From: Lama guanicoe | Taxonomy: Eukaryota | Reading direction: 5' to 3' | DNA length: 64,000 bases | NCBI GenBank assembly: GCA_013239625.1 | Contig: MU057352.1 | Coordinates: 31,565,277-31,629,276 of the forward strand | In this document: positions 10,401 to 24,480 of the stretch, piece after piece | Numbering within the stretch: the stretch's first letter is position 1 | How the letters are laid out: each line of letters opens with the position of its first letter | The notes under the pieces: model-generated | Database searches by the model: none | Told to the model about the DNA's origin: nothing | What the model saw: the letters and a program-made list of their open reading frames with translations, nothing else | Program-made: the position numbers and the translations under genes

Positions 10401-13400
10401 CTATGCCCTCAACTCTGTCCTTGGGTCCTCAAGGCAGTAATAGGGCAGGTACCCAGTGATGTTCCAATCCCACTGTGTTGCATCACATGAAGCCAATTCA
10501 AGCAAAAAGCCACAAAACAGTGAGAAACTCACCTGGTGCCACACCATTGTATCTGGGAAGTTCTCCAGTGCTAACGGGGAGAAAGGAAATTGCACGGATA
10601 AAATTGTTCCTTGAAGATTCAGCCTCTTTGACTGGCGAGGCACAAACAGTGGCCAAGCACTTCCTTCTGGCCACGAGTGGTCTCATTCCCACTGTTGTGA
10701 CCAAGAGCTGAGAGGCTACAGAGCCTGGTCACAAGACAGCTGTTTGTCCTCACTCCCCAACTCACGAAAACATCCTGCAAACGTCTCGGAGCTGCAGGGC
10801 TCTGTGGCAGACGGAAGTATCTGAAGACTGACTGCAGAGGGCACAGCGAGTGCCTGTGAGACAGGCCCACAGTCCCCCCTAGTCGACAGGGGCCGGCAAG
10901 CGCGGGACACGTGGGGTCTGGCCGATGCGGGGCCTGCGCTCTTCCCAGGGACACGCTACAACACGGACACGCATGGAAAGGAGGCTGTGTGAGGCGACAG
11001 AGAAAGCCACCTCTGTCGTCGGTACCCCCTGGAAACTGAGGCTTCTCACCAGGGAGGGTGCACAGTGTGAGCAGAAGTCTGCACAGCCTTGGGACCACTC
11101 CCGGGACCATCAGGAACCCAGAAAACTGCGGCGGACCCAAAGGTGCCCTCCCATCACAGCTCACACTGCGGCAGCACTACCCCTGCGGGCACCTGGCAGG
11201 TGGTGGGCGCCAGGTCCTACTGGCAGGTGTGTGTGTGCTTCACCCCAGGAGCTGCAATGCTCGGGTCAGAGTGCGGCTCACCCCTGTGCCCGGTTCCTGA
11301 GTTCAAGTGCATGCCCCAGAGCCAGCTACCACTCTGCTTGTCCCCCAAAGGCTCCTTTCCGGTGAGCTGTGAGCTGTGCCGTGTGTTTGCTAAAGACGGC
11401 CTTTCGGAGCAGGGCTGTGGGGCTCTGTGGGCCGGTCCCCTGACACAGAGATGACCCCTGGCTGGTATGACAGGACGAGGGTGTGGCTTTCAGGTACGGG
11501 GCTCACAGGTGCGAACTGGGAAGTTCTGTCACCCCTTTCTGAAAACACTTGGGTAACTAGAATTAAAACAGTTACCAGTTTAAACCAAATCTTAGGAACT
11601 CATTAGGAAATCTGTCAAGCTGGGTGCTGGTCAGCAATTCACCCCAAGTCCGGGTCCCACCCAGCATCATGGGCCTCGGGCTGTCTGAGCACTGGCCGGC
11701 CTCAGGGGCGGAGGGGCCGCAGGTGCACGCGGAGCCCCGCTCACCTTCCCCAGCTCACAGCGATGCTCTAATCCCTGAGGGACCGAGGAGATGGCGGAGG
11801 TGTTGGGGAGAACCCGGCCCAGGAGTCGGCACCCTAGCGCACATGCCCTTTCGCCCTTGCCCCTGCCCATGTAAACTACTCCCTCCTCATGCCCCCTTTG
11901 CTCCACCTGCTAACACCCACAGCCCCCCGAAACTGCCCTCCTGGTCACCAGGCTGCCCGCCTGCCTACCCAGCCCATCCTCATCCACTGACTTGGCCAAG
12001 AGCCCAGAGGGCCCTACGTTGGCACAAGTGCTGGCCCATCTGGCAGAGTGCCCAGTGTGCAGCGGGCTCCAAAACCACGTGCCAGGTAACAGCGTCACTG
12101 GGCAGTGGTGCCAGCTCCCTCCCCTCCCTCAGCGGGGCCGCTCTCCCTCCTCCTGCCCACTCCACATGTGACACCACAATCCAGGGAAGGCCCTCTGGGG
12201 CGGGTGGCAGGGACCACAAGCTGGTCAAGCTGAGGAAGGCAGGAGAGCCCAGGAGGAGCAGATGGGACCGACCGTAGCTTCTGTCCCATTACTTTCTCCC
12301 CAGCCCTCCTGGAAGGGATCCAGGCTGCAGAGAGTGTGCAAGCCCACCAGGCAGGGTCTGTGCCGGGCTGAGTGGCCAGGGCCATGGGAACACACCCTGC
12401 ACTGGGTGCCACGGGGACACCCGGCCACGGCTCTCATCTCAGCACGTTGCAGAGAAAAATAAACATTTCCCATCACGTCCCCAGAGCAGCCCCTGGCAGA
12501 GCGAGCGAGCCCGGCTCCAGAGGCCCAGCCCTGAGAACACAGCCCCGTCCCCGACCCCGTCCCCGGTGAGGCAGCCGCTGGGACGCCCTGGACGTGGCAT
12601 TTCCCAGCAAAGCTCTAAACACACGCAGTGCCGGTGCGTAGTAAATAATTTTTGTTTTCTTCCAGGCAAAAGCGAACAACAATGGTGAGACCAGGAAGGC
12701 TCCCCGTTCACAGGAAACACTGAGTGTGTCACCGCTCGTCGGGCTGAGTGAGGTCACGGGCGACGCCACCACGCTCGGTCACGCGCGGCGCCCCCATTCA
12801 ACACAGCGTCTCTTTTGATAAACTGGTGCTCCTGGGGGAGGGGCGGGGGCGGGAACATTGCCTGTAAATGTTTAACAAAAGATCTGAAATGGGAATGGGA
12901 ACTACATTCTTTCTCTCAATAGACAAAGCCTTCCCCATCAAGATATGCTTGTGCTGCAGACAAAAACTGCATGATAACATTAAGCCCATGAGAACCGGGT
13001 CCCTGGGAAACGCTCAGCAGCCTGGAGTGACCTCTGATGAATGTAACCAACCCTGTGGGGGACCATCACCAAGGGGGCTACAGACATGGCAAAGCAAGGG
13101 TCCTGCCCTCCAGAAGCACACACCAGGCCCTGGGGCAGAGGCTCAAGTGTGAAGTCCAGGAAAGGGGCCCCCTGAGCAGGAGGGTCTGCCCTGGGCAGAG
13201 GGCAACACCTCCTCCAGCTGGAGAGAGGGCTGCAGAGTTGCAAGGAACCTTCCAGAATCCCAGGAAGGTAGGGAGGAGGAGGTAAAGAGAAAGAAAGGGG
13301 AATCAGCTCAGATGCCTCGTCTGGGGCCTCCCCTGGCACAGCACCTCCTGGCGTTTCCAGGTGCAACAGAAAGGGCCCTGCGGGTGTGTGCCCGGCCCAG

Positions 13401-16293
13401 GCCTGGTCGTGCCTGGGAGCACAGAGACAGCGCGGACATTAAAGAGCAGGGGCGGGAACCTGGGCCACGTGGGGCCGGACCCAGTGACGCCAGGGACAGC
13501 AGTGCCATGGAGAGCCACGAGGCGCAGCCAAGTTCGTTCAGTTTATTCACTACGTGCTCCCTGCGAGCAGACTCCGGTGAAGACAGCCGAGAGGCTCCCT
13601 GTGGTTCAAGGCACCATCTGAGAACAGTCACTTAGGATGGGGCAACAGTTTAGAAATGGCACCATCCAAACTTACTCAAGGATTCATTAATTAAGTTCCA
13701 GCAGGTTCTGAATGGTCTTTCTTCCACTAAAATTAACATTCTCCAGCCCCTTGTGTTGGCCCTGAGGCCTGGCTTAGTTTCAAGGGAATAAACGTGTGCG
13801 GCCACCACCAGCCCTGCATGGGGGCTTCCCGACAACTTGGGGTGAGGGCACGGGTCCTATGTCTGGACAAGGAGCAGCCTCAGCAGCCCAGTAGGATGCC
13901 CCCGGCCACACGCAGGCAGGCACTGAGCCTCTGGGAAGCCAGTGGGCACACCTCCTGCTCCCTGGGGCCCAGCTGCAGGGGTCTCTCCTCCCAGCAGCTC
14001 CCCAGGATGCAGCCCACCGCAGGCCCGGGCATCAGCCGCTCTCTGCCGGTGCAAAGGTTGGGGAGACAGTGCCACCTCCAGAGCTGCGTCAGGATTGGGT
14101 CATGGGGACCAGCTGGCTGCAGGCGCACATCGTGAACACGTAACATGGTCATGGGGTCCGCACACCTCGCTTACGAGAGTGGGGAAGTTCCTCCAGCAGC
14201 TCTGCTCCCTCCTGAACCGCACACCAGCATCACTGCAGCCTCCGGCCTGGCCTGGTCCAGGGCAGGCGGAAGTGGCCTGGTTTGTAGAAGCGGAGAGGCT
14301 TGAATTCTGATTCTATGCTTTCTGGCCACCTCTGGGCAAGTCACCTCCCTTCCTGACCCTGACACCCTTAGCACAGGTCTTGTCTAGGACCCTCGGGAGC
14401 ACTGAAAGGTGACAGGTGAAGTCCCTGGGCCAGCGTGAGACAGGCTCTTGTGTCTGTTCCCTCCCCACAGCTCAATCCTTGTACGTTATTCATTATCCCA
14501 CTTTGACATTTTTTAAAAATCACAAATCACTTTTGTTACCGCTCTTAGGATCTCTCCATCCAAATGGGGATCCCAGGTGGCCTGGCCTCCCCACCAGCAC
14601 CTCGTGTCCACCACACAAGGGATCCAGAGGTGGTCGGGGGATGGGCCAGCTCTAGGCGGTCCTGGTCCTTACCCGATTCCTGGTCTCTACAATGTCTCCT
14701 CAGCCCTGCCCCGGCCAGGGCCCCCACCATACTCTGCCTGCAGTGCAGCAGGGCCCCAGACCTGGTGACGGGAAAGCCAGCACACCTGGCCTGGCTCCCC
14801 ACGCTGGGCTCAGCCCTGGCCCTTCCTCCAGCAGCCAGGCTCTCAGGGCCTGTGCCCTGGCCTGCAATGGCTGTCACGTGGTGACCTTGGGACGAGCTGT
14901 TGAAGAGAGTGACCTCCCCTTTATTGCTGGCCTCCTCTCCCCACGCGTGTGGGCTCACCTCCAGTGACAGCAAAACCCTTGGGCTGGGATGCAGGTAACC
15001 TGCACACTCAGGGCTCTGCTCACCAGAGCTGCAAAGGCGAGGGCTGGGCCTGCCCCGCTGTCACACCGGGAAGCCGCGACCACGGCAGCACCTCTGAGCA
15101 CCAACCAACACAAAATCAACATGGAGAGACGCGTACTCTGCTCTCCACTTAGGTTAATGATTCAGGTGCACGAGATGCAGGTGAGGCACCCTTTACGAGC
15201 CGTGTTGGACCACAGGGTGCTGGCGCAAGCAACGAGGAGCACTCGAACCCAGGTCAAGATGGGTCCGCAGACTGTATTTCCGGTTTGGCCACAGGGGAGC
15301 TGAGCTTTGCTGTCAGTCTAGTAAAGAGGAAGGTGAAGAACACAGGCCACACTTCTACTGCAGAGAACACGGGGAGAAATGGGCCGAAGGCCTCCAGTCA
15401 GCCCTGCGATCACAGAGCACAGAGCTGTGCGCCAGGGCGAGCAGATCGGGGAAGTGCTCAGAGCCAGGCTCCCGGAAGAGGAAGTGCGGGGGCCCCTCAT
15501 GGACCCAAAACTTACCATCAAGATAGCAAGTGCTGCCCGCCAATCATGCTTTAAAGTAACAGCAAAACGTGAGCATGTGTAGGGCTAAAAGGAACTTAAG
15601 CAAAACATGATTTGGTTGAAATTGATGAAACCTTACAACCTCTGGCCAGACTCGGCACCTTCCCGCCACCCCATGCTGAGCCTGGGACCCACCCTTGACT
15701 GTGGGCACTTTCTGCCACCGATCCTCCGGCTGGGAAATCCAGGCCCAGGCGCAGGCTCTCCCGCGCCACAGTCAACAGCCCAGTGCACGGGCGGCCCGCC
15801 CTGACCGCCTCAAGCTGAAACTCACACTTTCAGTTTCCACCCAGTTTTGCATTTTGTGATACACCTTCACCGAGATTTGCAGATACAGTACTTCTAACAA
15901 GTTACTTCCAATTCAGCAGGTCGGTGGAGGTTCCCTCAGTTTGTGATGTTCCTACAGCAGTTTGTAAGCTGTAAGATACACCCATGTCCTCCCTTCATTT
16001 AACTGGGTGGGGGCAACGACCCATCTTGCACCAAAGACAACTCCTACTCCCACATGATTGCATGTGACATGTGCACATGTTTTGCTGAAGATTTATTTAA
16101 ATTGTTGATTTTTTAATGACAAAATTACCATCATCTCAGAAATAACTGAAATATTTTCCTGCTGGACACATTCTATACTGATTATTTTTAAGAGCAAAGT
16201 TAAGAGACCATTTGTTCATTATAAAGTCAAATGATCATTTTCTGCAGGAATAACTGATAAAATTTTTTTCTGTCTTCTTTAACCTGAGTGTTA

Positions 16294-16651
16294 CAGTAGT
16301 CCTTTGGTATCCGCAGAAGATGGGTTCCGGGATCCCCCCCGAGATTTCCATAGTTGCTCAAGTCCTTTATATAAAATGCTGTATAGTATTTGCATATAAC
16401 CTACGCACATCCTCCCATATACTTAATTTATTTTTAATTGTACAGTCGGTTACAATGTGTCAATTTCTGGTGCACTCCCATGTATTTTAAAGCAATTTTA
16501 TATTACTTAGAACACCTAATACAATGTAAATGCTATATAAATAGTTGCTGGCACAGCAAGTTCAAATCTTGCTTTTGGGAAGCTTCTGGAATTTTTTTGG
16601 AGTATTTTACATCTGCAGTTGGTGGAACCCACAGGCACGGAGGGCTGACTG
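16294..16651 (+). mobile_element. MER2-like TcMar-Tigger element with TA target-site duplication
   Basis: TA|CAGTAGTCCTTTGGTATCCG...CGGAGGGCTGACTG|TA terminal inverted repeats; internal gtatttgcatataacctacgcacatcctccc. Confidence 0.8.
16425..16474 (-). mobile_element. 50-bp L1 3'-end insertion nested in MER2
   Basis: Reverse complement tgcaccagaaattgacacattgtaaccgactgtacaattaaaaataaa matches the L1 tail at ~28890-28940; flanked by ctcccatatactt / ctcccatgtattt. Confidence 0.7.
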
Positions 16652-17939
16652 TACGTGACTCCTGTCCTGTTACTGTAATTTTGAAGACTACAAAGATCTA
16701 GCACATTTGGATATGGCTACAATATAATAACACAGTGCTTACTATTAAGACTTCTAAAAAGCATTCCTGCTTTACCTGTGCTCCTGTGAGCACTACTGGA
16801 AAAAGGCAGACTCGCTCAGGTTTCTCTGGAGATCACCTCCTTGCAGTGGCACATAAGGCCTCCTATGATCTGATTCTGGCCCACCAGGGACCAGATCTCC
16901 CCTCACACCACTCTGCACCAGGCTCACACACCCTTAAGTTGCCACGCAGACTTAGTCACAGTCTCCCTAACACACCCAACTCTCTTCCCTGCCTCTCCTG
17001 CCGTGCCACAACCCGGAATGTGCCAACGCGCCTTTACTCGCAGACCCCTGCTTACTCTTCACAACTAGGAGGCCTGGCACCTCCGCTACACAGCTCCCCC
17101 ACCCCTCGCCCCGTCTTTCTGTGCCCAGCCGGGGAGCCTCCTGTCTTGTTCTGCTGTCGACAGAGCAGGCAATGGCCAGTACTCTGTCCTTTCTCACTTT
17201 GCTTTTTGGGACCATAAATCACAACCTGCACCCCAGGCCCTGGCAGCACACGGCGCAGGGCACAGGCTCAGTGCCTGGATGACCTCCCTGCCGCCTCCCC
17301 AGATCTGGAATCTTTTGGCCCTTTTGGCTGGAATGAGGGTGCCAGCTTTCCCACATGTACTCCAAGCCTCTCACCCCCCTCCCCATAAACCGTCCGTGAC
17401 GTGCCCCGTCTCCCTGCGAGGCAGCGACCGCAGGCTGCTCCAGTGCGTCTCCGGCCCCTGGCCCCGTGCCCGGCACCTGGCAGGTAGGCACTCAGCAAGC
17501 GTTTGATGCGAGAACAACAGGCGTGTAATTCCTTGGGAAAAATGACTGCAGCTGACATTTCATTGTTTCTAAAATACAATGATCTGAAACATGAGGAAAT
17601 CTAGACTTCCCAATCCAAACAGAAGAGCTCTGCACAACAGTTTCTTAATTATTTTAGGCAAAATTCAGGAGATCTCTGACAAACTTCTGCCAGTTTACGT
17701 GTCTGACCTCTGGCACACTGCTTGTGAGCCTTGGAGGCCGAGTGAGGGTCCCCCAGCCCGGGTGGATGCTCACGCCATGACTCCCAGGCACGGACACCAT
17801 GTGCAGGTGTCGGGAGCTGTCTCCCACCCGACCCCCAGCCCGGGCCATGTGTCACCCTTCAAGCTTCCTCAGTCTCAGTCAGCAGGAAGTCCAGTCTTCA
17901 GCTGGATATTCTGTAAGGCCCAGCTGATGTTCTTTCACA

Positions 17940-18250
17940 TTTGAAAAACTGGGATAAAACATACGCCGTGTAAAAGTCCTCATTCTAACCATCTCTAAGT
18001 GCTCAGGTCAGTGACACCAGGAGCACCCACACCACTGTGCGGCCACCACCACCATCCTCATGGGACTATCATCTCACAAAACTGAAACTGTGCCCTTTAA
18101 GCATTCACACACACACACCCCCGCCCCACATTCTACTCCCATCGCCATGGATCTGACTCCTCCAGGTCCCTCGTGTAAGTGGATCATCATATAGCATTTG
18201 TCCTGCAACTGGATTTAATGTCCCCGAGGGCCCAATCAGTCTCGGCCATT
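17940..18250 (-). mobile_element. L1 (L1MB-like) 3' UTR fragment
   Basis: cattctaaccatctctaagtg...aaaactgaaactgtgccc...gtaagtggatcatcatatagcatttgtcc. Confidence 0.6.
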
Positions 18251-21200
18251 TACCACCCCCTCCTTCTCGGCACCTCCAGCCCTGTGGGCCCAACTGCCCC
18301 GCTCACTGGATGGTACTCCGGGGGAAGGGGAGGACACTGAGCCCAGTGCTCTCTGCACAGGACAGTTGCCCCCTGTAGCCTGAACACCCCTTCCCCAACA
18401 CCAGGGGACACTGCAGGGGCAGAGCAGAGCCCTGCCCTCGGGGGCTGCACCTGATTCTTTGAAACAGCCCTTAAATGACGCAGGGTCGTGAATGAAGGAG
18501 TGGCAGGTGATCCTCATGAACCCGAAAGGTACGCCTTAGGAATTCTTCTGGCACAGAGGAAACTGAGGGCAGCAAGGTGCTGGGTCTGCTTCTACAGAAC
18601 AGGAGCACCAATCTGGAGCCTTACCCACAGGAGGCCCCGGGGTGTCCCACCCGAGCAGGGGATCCTTAGGAAGGTGGCAAGCGAGCCTGAGCCACAGAGG
18701 TGCTTCCGTGCATTCACACACCTGCTGGAAGCCCACGTTAGCTGCATTGCGCAAAATGTAGCTCAACTTCACGACAGGTCACCTGCTGGCAACATCTGTG
18801 CCCACTCGGGGAGGGTGCAGGGGACCCAACCGTGCTCAAAGTCATGACTCCGCGAGAGCCCACCTGGGCAAGCGACGCCTGCGCGGGCGCACACACGGGA
18901 TAACGAGGCGCTTTTCACTTCGGACGCAGCGTGACCCTGCGCCTCTCAGTTCTCCCCACGGACTGGTGCGGGGCGCTGCCCCGTGGGGTTCGACCGCGAA
19001 CTGCAGCCAGTGGCACGGGAAGGCACACAGCTTTAGAGCCGGGGCGCTGAGTCCCTGGAGGGCTGGGCTGTAACCTCTCACTCCCTGGGGGGGAAAGGCC
19101 GCACCCGGATTTCAGAAAGGTGTTGATTGTGCGATGAGTCAGCGAGGCCGCTGGCGGGCTCCCGCTCCGCTGCTGCCCTCCCGGCCTTGACAATCAGGGA
19201 GTGGAGGGAAATGACCAGCACCTCAGGCACTTAAGCTGTGCTGCTTTCTTTAAGACAGGCTTTTAAAAGGGTAGGCTTTTCCCACAGGAAGAAAACGGGG
19301 GCTCCAAGTTCTGACAAATCACATCCTAGGGATTCTGACTCACATTAAGCCATGACAGAAAGTGGAAAAACTCTGCTTTGGAAAATTAAAAAACAAACGG
19401 GCATAAACAAAATGAACAGTTTCACCAAGTTTCACCCTCCCTGAATGAGACAGCCAAGACCTGACCTTCCCCGTAAATAAACCTGCAGGCCCCCCCCCCT
19501 TGCTCCCGGGGGCCGCGGCACCCCCGCCTTCGGCCAGCAGGAGATAAGTCCAAGTCTCTCGCCGTGGGCTGAGGGGCCACAGGGCACTCTTCCTCCTCTG
19601 ACTTTCCTTTTCCCTCGAGGACACTTCTTGAACCAAGAGGGAAACAATGGGGGTGAGTGGGGGGGTCTCTCTCCCAAGGGACAAGGCTGTCTGGGAACAG
19701 ACTGTGCCAGCGGGAGCCACCTGCCCAGGAGGGTGCCTGCCCTTTAGGGAGGTCTGCTCAGGGCTCTGGGCAGGCTGTTCCCAGCCTCTCCTTCACGAGG
19801 GACCTCACATTCCCCCTTGATCCTAACTCTGAGAGGCCAGGTTCATCAGCTGTGCGTGAGTGCACACACGCATATAACACATGCACACAGACACGTGTGC
19901 AGCATGCAAACAATGGGCACCTACCTCCGGTGCGAGCCACGTGGCAGGAGTTGGTCTGCAGAAGCTTCCCGGCAGCCCCTCCTCTGCCCTCAGACCACCG
20001 GCCCTGCAGGAAGTAGGCACGGATGCTGCTACGCCTCAGCATGGCCTCAGGCTACCAGCCCCTGCACGTCACACCCCACCCTCTTCCTTGTGCCCAAGTT
20101 TGAGGCTCTTACCAGAACACCCCCTTGGCACTAACAAAACAGCAATTTTTAGGAGCTACTCTGATCTTCCTCATTTGAATCTTTCACCCTGAAGCCTAAG
20201 AATGCACATAGTTTTAAAAGTCCCCACTAGAAGCAGAAATGTTTGATGGTGTGGAAATCTAGAATACAGCAAATGTGGCCTCTGGACAGGTGAGGAAGAG
20301 ACGATGGTGATGCTTGAAGACACATGGGACCAGCCCCAAGTCGGCCAGGAACCTCCTGCAAAGTCAGAGCCAAGGGGGGCGCCCACCAGGGTGATGCAGT
20401 GACGCCTGGAGAGAAACCCACAGGCTTTCCGCTTTGACCTGGAGCTGGGCTCTTTCTCTGCTCTGTGCTCTCTGCTGCTCCTGGGGACAGGGACAGGGAC
20501 AAGGCACAGGGCCACCAGTCTCGTGTGTCACATGTGTGGGAAAACCCTGGGAGCTGGGCGGGCACCGAGGTGAGCATGTCTGAATCTGCCCTGAAGGTAC
20601 TTGAAATCTGGCGGGAAGCAGGGGGGACAACCCACAGGAACAGCTGACACGAATACGGCTCTCGGAGCCTCCGAAGTGTAGGGGACACGCACACACTGAC
20701 CGCAGCAAGCCCGGCCTGGGGACAGGCTGCGGGTCATCGCATCGGAACTATCGCCACTGCCGAAGTGACAAGCGTTAACAGGTCGCCCAGAGGACAGGGC
20801 TGGATGTTGAAGGGGCTCGGGGCGGGAGCGCAGGCCACGCGCAGGCGGGTCTGAGCTCTTCCAAAGCACGAGCTCTGCGAGCCTTTGCAGGAAAAAAAGA
20901 GATGCTGGTACCCACAGAGATACAAGGCCGGCCGCAAAGATGGATTCTCCAAGAGCCAACATCTGGTTAAGAGGCGGCCCCCTCCCAATTTCACCATGGG
21001 GTGGGGGCCCAGGCAGGGCAGGGCAGCTCTGTGCCACCCAATAATGCAAAAGAGAAACCAGAACCACACCCTGCGTCATCACCACAAAGACGAGCGCTAC
21101 GGTTCACAGTGCGCTCCAGAGCCAGGCTCAGCAGAGTCCTGGGGCCCAGGGCGCAGAGGACGCTGAGCCTTGGGGGCCAAATGGCAGCCCACAGCCTCCT

Positions 21201-21929
21201 CTCTTCCAAACGGGTATGTTGCGGAGACACTGCACAGCCAGAGCACCTTGCAAGGAGCCCCAGGGAGGCCAGCCCGGAGGAAGGGCAGCAGACACAGAGG
21301 GACCCTGCAGACCAGCTGGAGGCCAAGGGGCCCAGCTCTGTTGGAGACTACAGACAGCCTGCAGGGGGCCCTTCTTGGCGGGGGAGCTCGGTCTGAGTGC
21401 TTGCTGTCAACAGCCACTGAACCCCAGCACAGCCCAAGATGGGGGGCTGGGAGCTCAGGGGCTTCTTCACTCACACGTTCATGTCTTGACTGGCGCGCGC
21501 GCACACACGGCAGGATGGTCCCGGTTTAACAACGCCGGAAAATTGTCAAAGATGAACTGTCACACGCATGTTCTCAACTGGCTAGCTACTCCTGGGTGGA
21601 AAAACTTTTCTAGTAATTTTTATGATGGCAGAGTTTGAACTGACTTACTTCTCAGTTTTCCATTTGCTGATTTTCCATGGGAACCTTTTCACTGGAGAAT
21701 CAGTCTAATGAACAAGAAAGGGCAGACTTGCTATTGTTTGATATTTCAAAACACAACCACTTTCTAATGTAAAGATGTGCTGAGATATTTACCAATACAA
21801 ATGTGTTCCATCTAAAGCACTTCTACGCCTTTTTCTAACATGAATACTTAGGTAATGGGGAAAACACAGACTACATTCCTAACTACGAAGGGGGAACGGT
21901 GCAGTCAAAACCAGTAACAGAGCACGTGT

Positions 21930-22450
21930 CATCAGCTACCCACTGCTGCCCAACAAGCCGTGCACCTCAGAGCGGCTCAGAACATCTATCACCTGGCAGT
22001 TGCTATGGCCGGGAACCCAGGCCCGGCTCGGCAGGGTGGTCCCGCGTGGGGTCTCTCCCAGGGCTGTGGTCATCTCGAGGCTCCGCACGGGGAAGGCAAG
22101 GCTCACCTGGCTGGTTGATGGGAGGATCTAGTTTCCCGCAGGCTCCCAGACTGAGAGCCTCAGGTCCCCACCGGCCAGGAGGGGAGGCCTCTCTCAGTTT
22201 CTGGCCATGCTGAGTCTCTCCAAGAAGGCAGCTTGACTCATCAAAGTGTACAAGCCAAGAAGGCAAGAGAGAGCGCCTTCTGACCAGATGGAAGCCACAA
22301 CTGTTTGTGACCTAGTCACAGAAGTGACATCCCTCTCTGTTGTCATAGTCTGTTGGTCACAAGAAACAACTGTAAGAGGAAGGGGTTATACGAGGCCAAG
22401 AAAACAAGGTGGAGGGCACCACGGGGGCATCTCAGAGGCTGCTGATCACA
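21930..22450. mobile_element. MLT1-type (ERVL-MaLR) LTR remnant
   Basis: ggaagccacaactgtttgtgacctagtcacagaagtgacatc...ggggcatctcagaggctgctgatcaca. Confidence 0.55.
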
Positions 22451-22529
22451 GCACACACTGCAGGGGTCTCTGGGGTCCCATCTATACTCACTCCTGACCC
22501 CTCTGTGTAATGGTGGTTTTATTTATTAG

Positions 22530-24480
22530 AAATAAAAATTCTAATAAATGATTTCATTAGGAAGGAAATATCTAAAAACCAATGCTCTAAGCTTGACATT
22601 AAGTAATAAGAAAAAGAGCAAATTTAAACCAAAGTATGCGGAAGAGAAAAATGAAGAGCATAAATCATGGAAAAAGAAACAGACAAGCAATAGAGAAATC
22701 AATGAAATAAAAAGCCACGTCTTTGAGATCAATACAATCGATAGATCTTTAACCAGACTGATGAGGAAATAAAGAGATGATACAAATCAGCCATACCAGG
22801 ACAGAAGGAGCACCACTCCAGGTCTCCCAGACATCACAAGCTACCAGGCTAAGTGAGCTTGGCAGGACTGAAGGCTACGAGGTCAATTCACAGCAAAGAT
22901 TTTTATATTTCTATATATAGTGATTTACAATCAGAAGTTGAAGTGAAAACAGTACAATAGCTTAACAGAGTTGAACACTTGGGGATAAACTTAAAATACA
23001 TGTGAGACCCATATGCTAAAAATTTCAAAAAGCACCTAGGAGAAACTAAAGACCTAGATGTACACAGAAGGGGTACCATGTCCATGGATTGGAGATCCCA
23101 ACATCAAGATGTCAATTCTCTCCCAATTCACCTGCAGATTCGGTACAATACCAGTAAACACCCAGCAGGCTTTTTTGATAGAACATGGTTAAGCTAATTC
23201 TAAAATTTATATGGAAATGTGAAAAGCCTAAAGCAGCCAAAACAAGTTTTTAAAGGTAGAATAAAGTTAGAGAACCTATATTTGCTAATTTCAAGATGTA
23301 CTGTAAAGCACCGTAATGAAGGCATTGTGGTACTGCGGATAAACACATCAATGGGACAGAATAAAGAGTCTAGAAATAGACCTGCATATATGTGGCCAGT
23401 TGACTGTCAACAAAGGTGCCATGGAATTCAATGGAAAGGACAGCCTTTTTACAAAGGGTGCTGGGAAAACTGGATCTCCACATGCCAAAGGGTGGAGGGA
23501 CCCTCCAACTCGTACTGTACACAAAAATTAATAAAAAATGGATCACAGATCTAAATGTGAGAGTTGAAACTATAAAACACCTAGAAGAAAACATAAGAAA
23601 ATCATTATGTCCTTGGGTCAGGCAAAGATTTTCTCAGTTAAAACAAAAAGAATAAAATAAATTGATATACCAAATTTCATGTAAATGAAACATTTTTGCT
23701 TTTAAGGTACCGTTAAGAAAGGAAAACCACAGACTGGGGTAAAATGTTTGCAAACATATCTGAAAAAAAAAAAGTTTGTATAAAGAACTCTTGCAGTTCA
23801 TATGACAAACAACCCGTTTAAAGTATCAGCAAAAAATCTGAACACACTCTTCATCTAAGAAGATATACAAATGACCAATAAGCACATGAAAAGATACTCT
23901 GTGCTACTACTCATCAGGGAAACGCACATGTTGTCAAGGATGTGGGGAAACTGGCACTCACACAACAGTGGGGGGAAGGGTCTGCTCTTCTAAGCATGAA
24001 CCTGCACTTACCACGTGACCCAGCGTCCCACTCCTGGGTCTCTACCCATGAGAAATGAGACACACATCCACACAGAGACTTGCAGGTGAATGCTCAGAGC
24101 AGCTTTATTTAAAACAGCCCCCAGATGGAAACAGCCCAGATGTCCACCAGCTGATGAGTGAATCGAAAACAGGGGGTGTGTCGGTTCAGCGGACCCCTAG
24201 TCAGCACAGCAGGATGGATGAATCGGCCACAGAGGCATCACGCCAGGTAGGAACCAGACCACACACCGTGCGATTCTGCTCATACGAACTTCGGAAAGGG
24301 CTAAACTGTGACAGAGGCAGGCTGGCGGTGACCGAGGGCCGGCGTGGACTGACGTGAGGGGACACGGGGGGCCTCGTAGGAAGGATGATGACAGTGTTCC
24401 TGGTCTTAACTGTGGAGGTGGCTGCACAACTGTAGGCGTCTATCAAGCGATCTAACTGCCCCCTCGAGAGGGAGCACACT
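22530..24480 (+). mobile_element. Degraded L1 ORF2 and 3' UTR
   Basis: ORF fragments EINEIKSHVFEINTIDRSLTRL and YTKINKKWITDLNVRVETIKHLEENI are L1 ORF2-like; A-rich; many stops and frameshifts. Confidence 0.85.
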
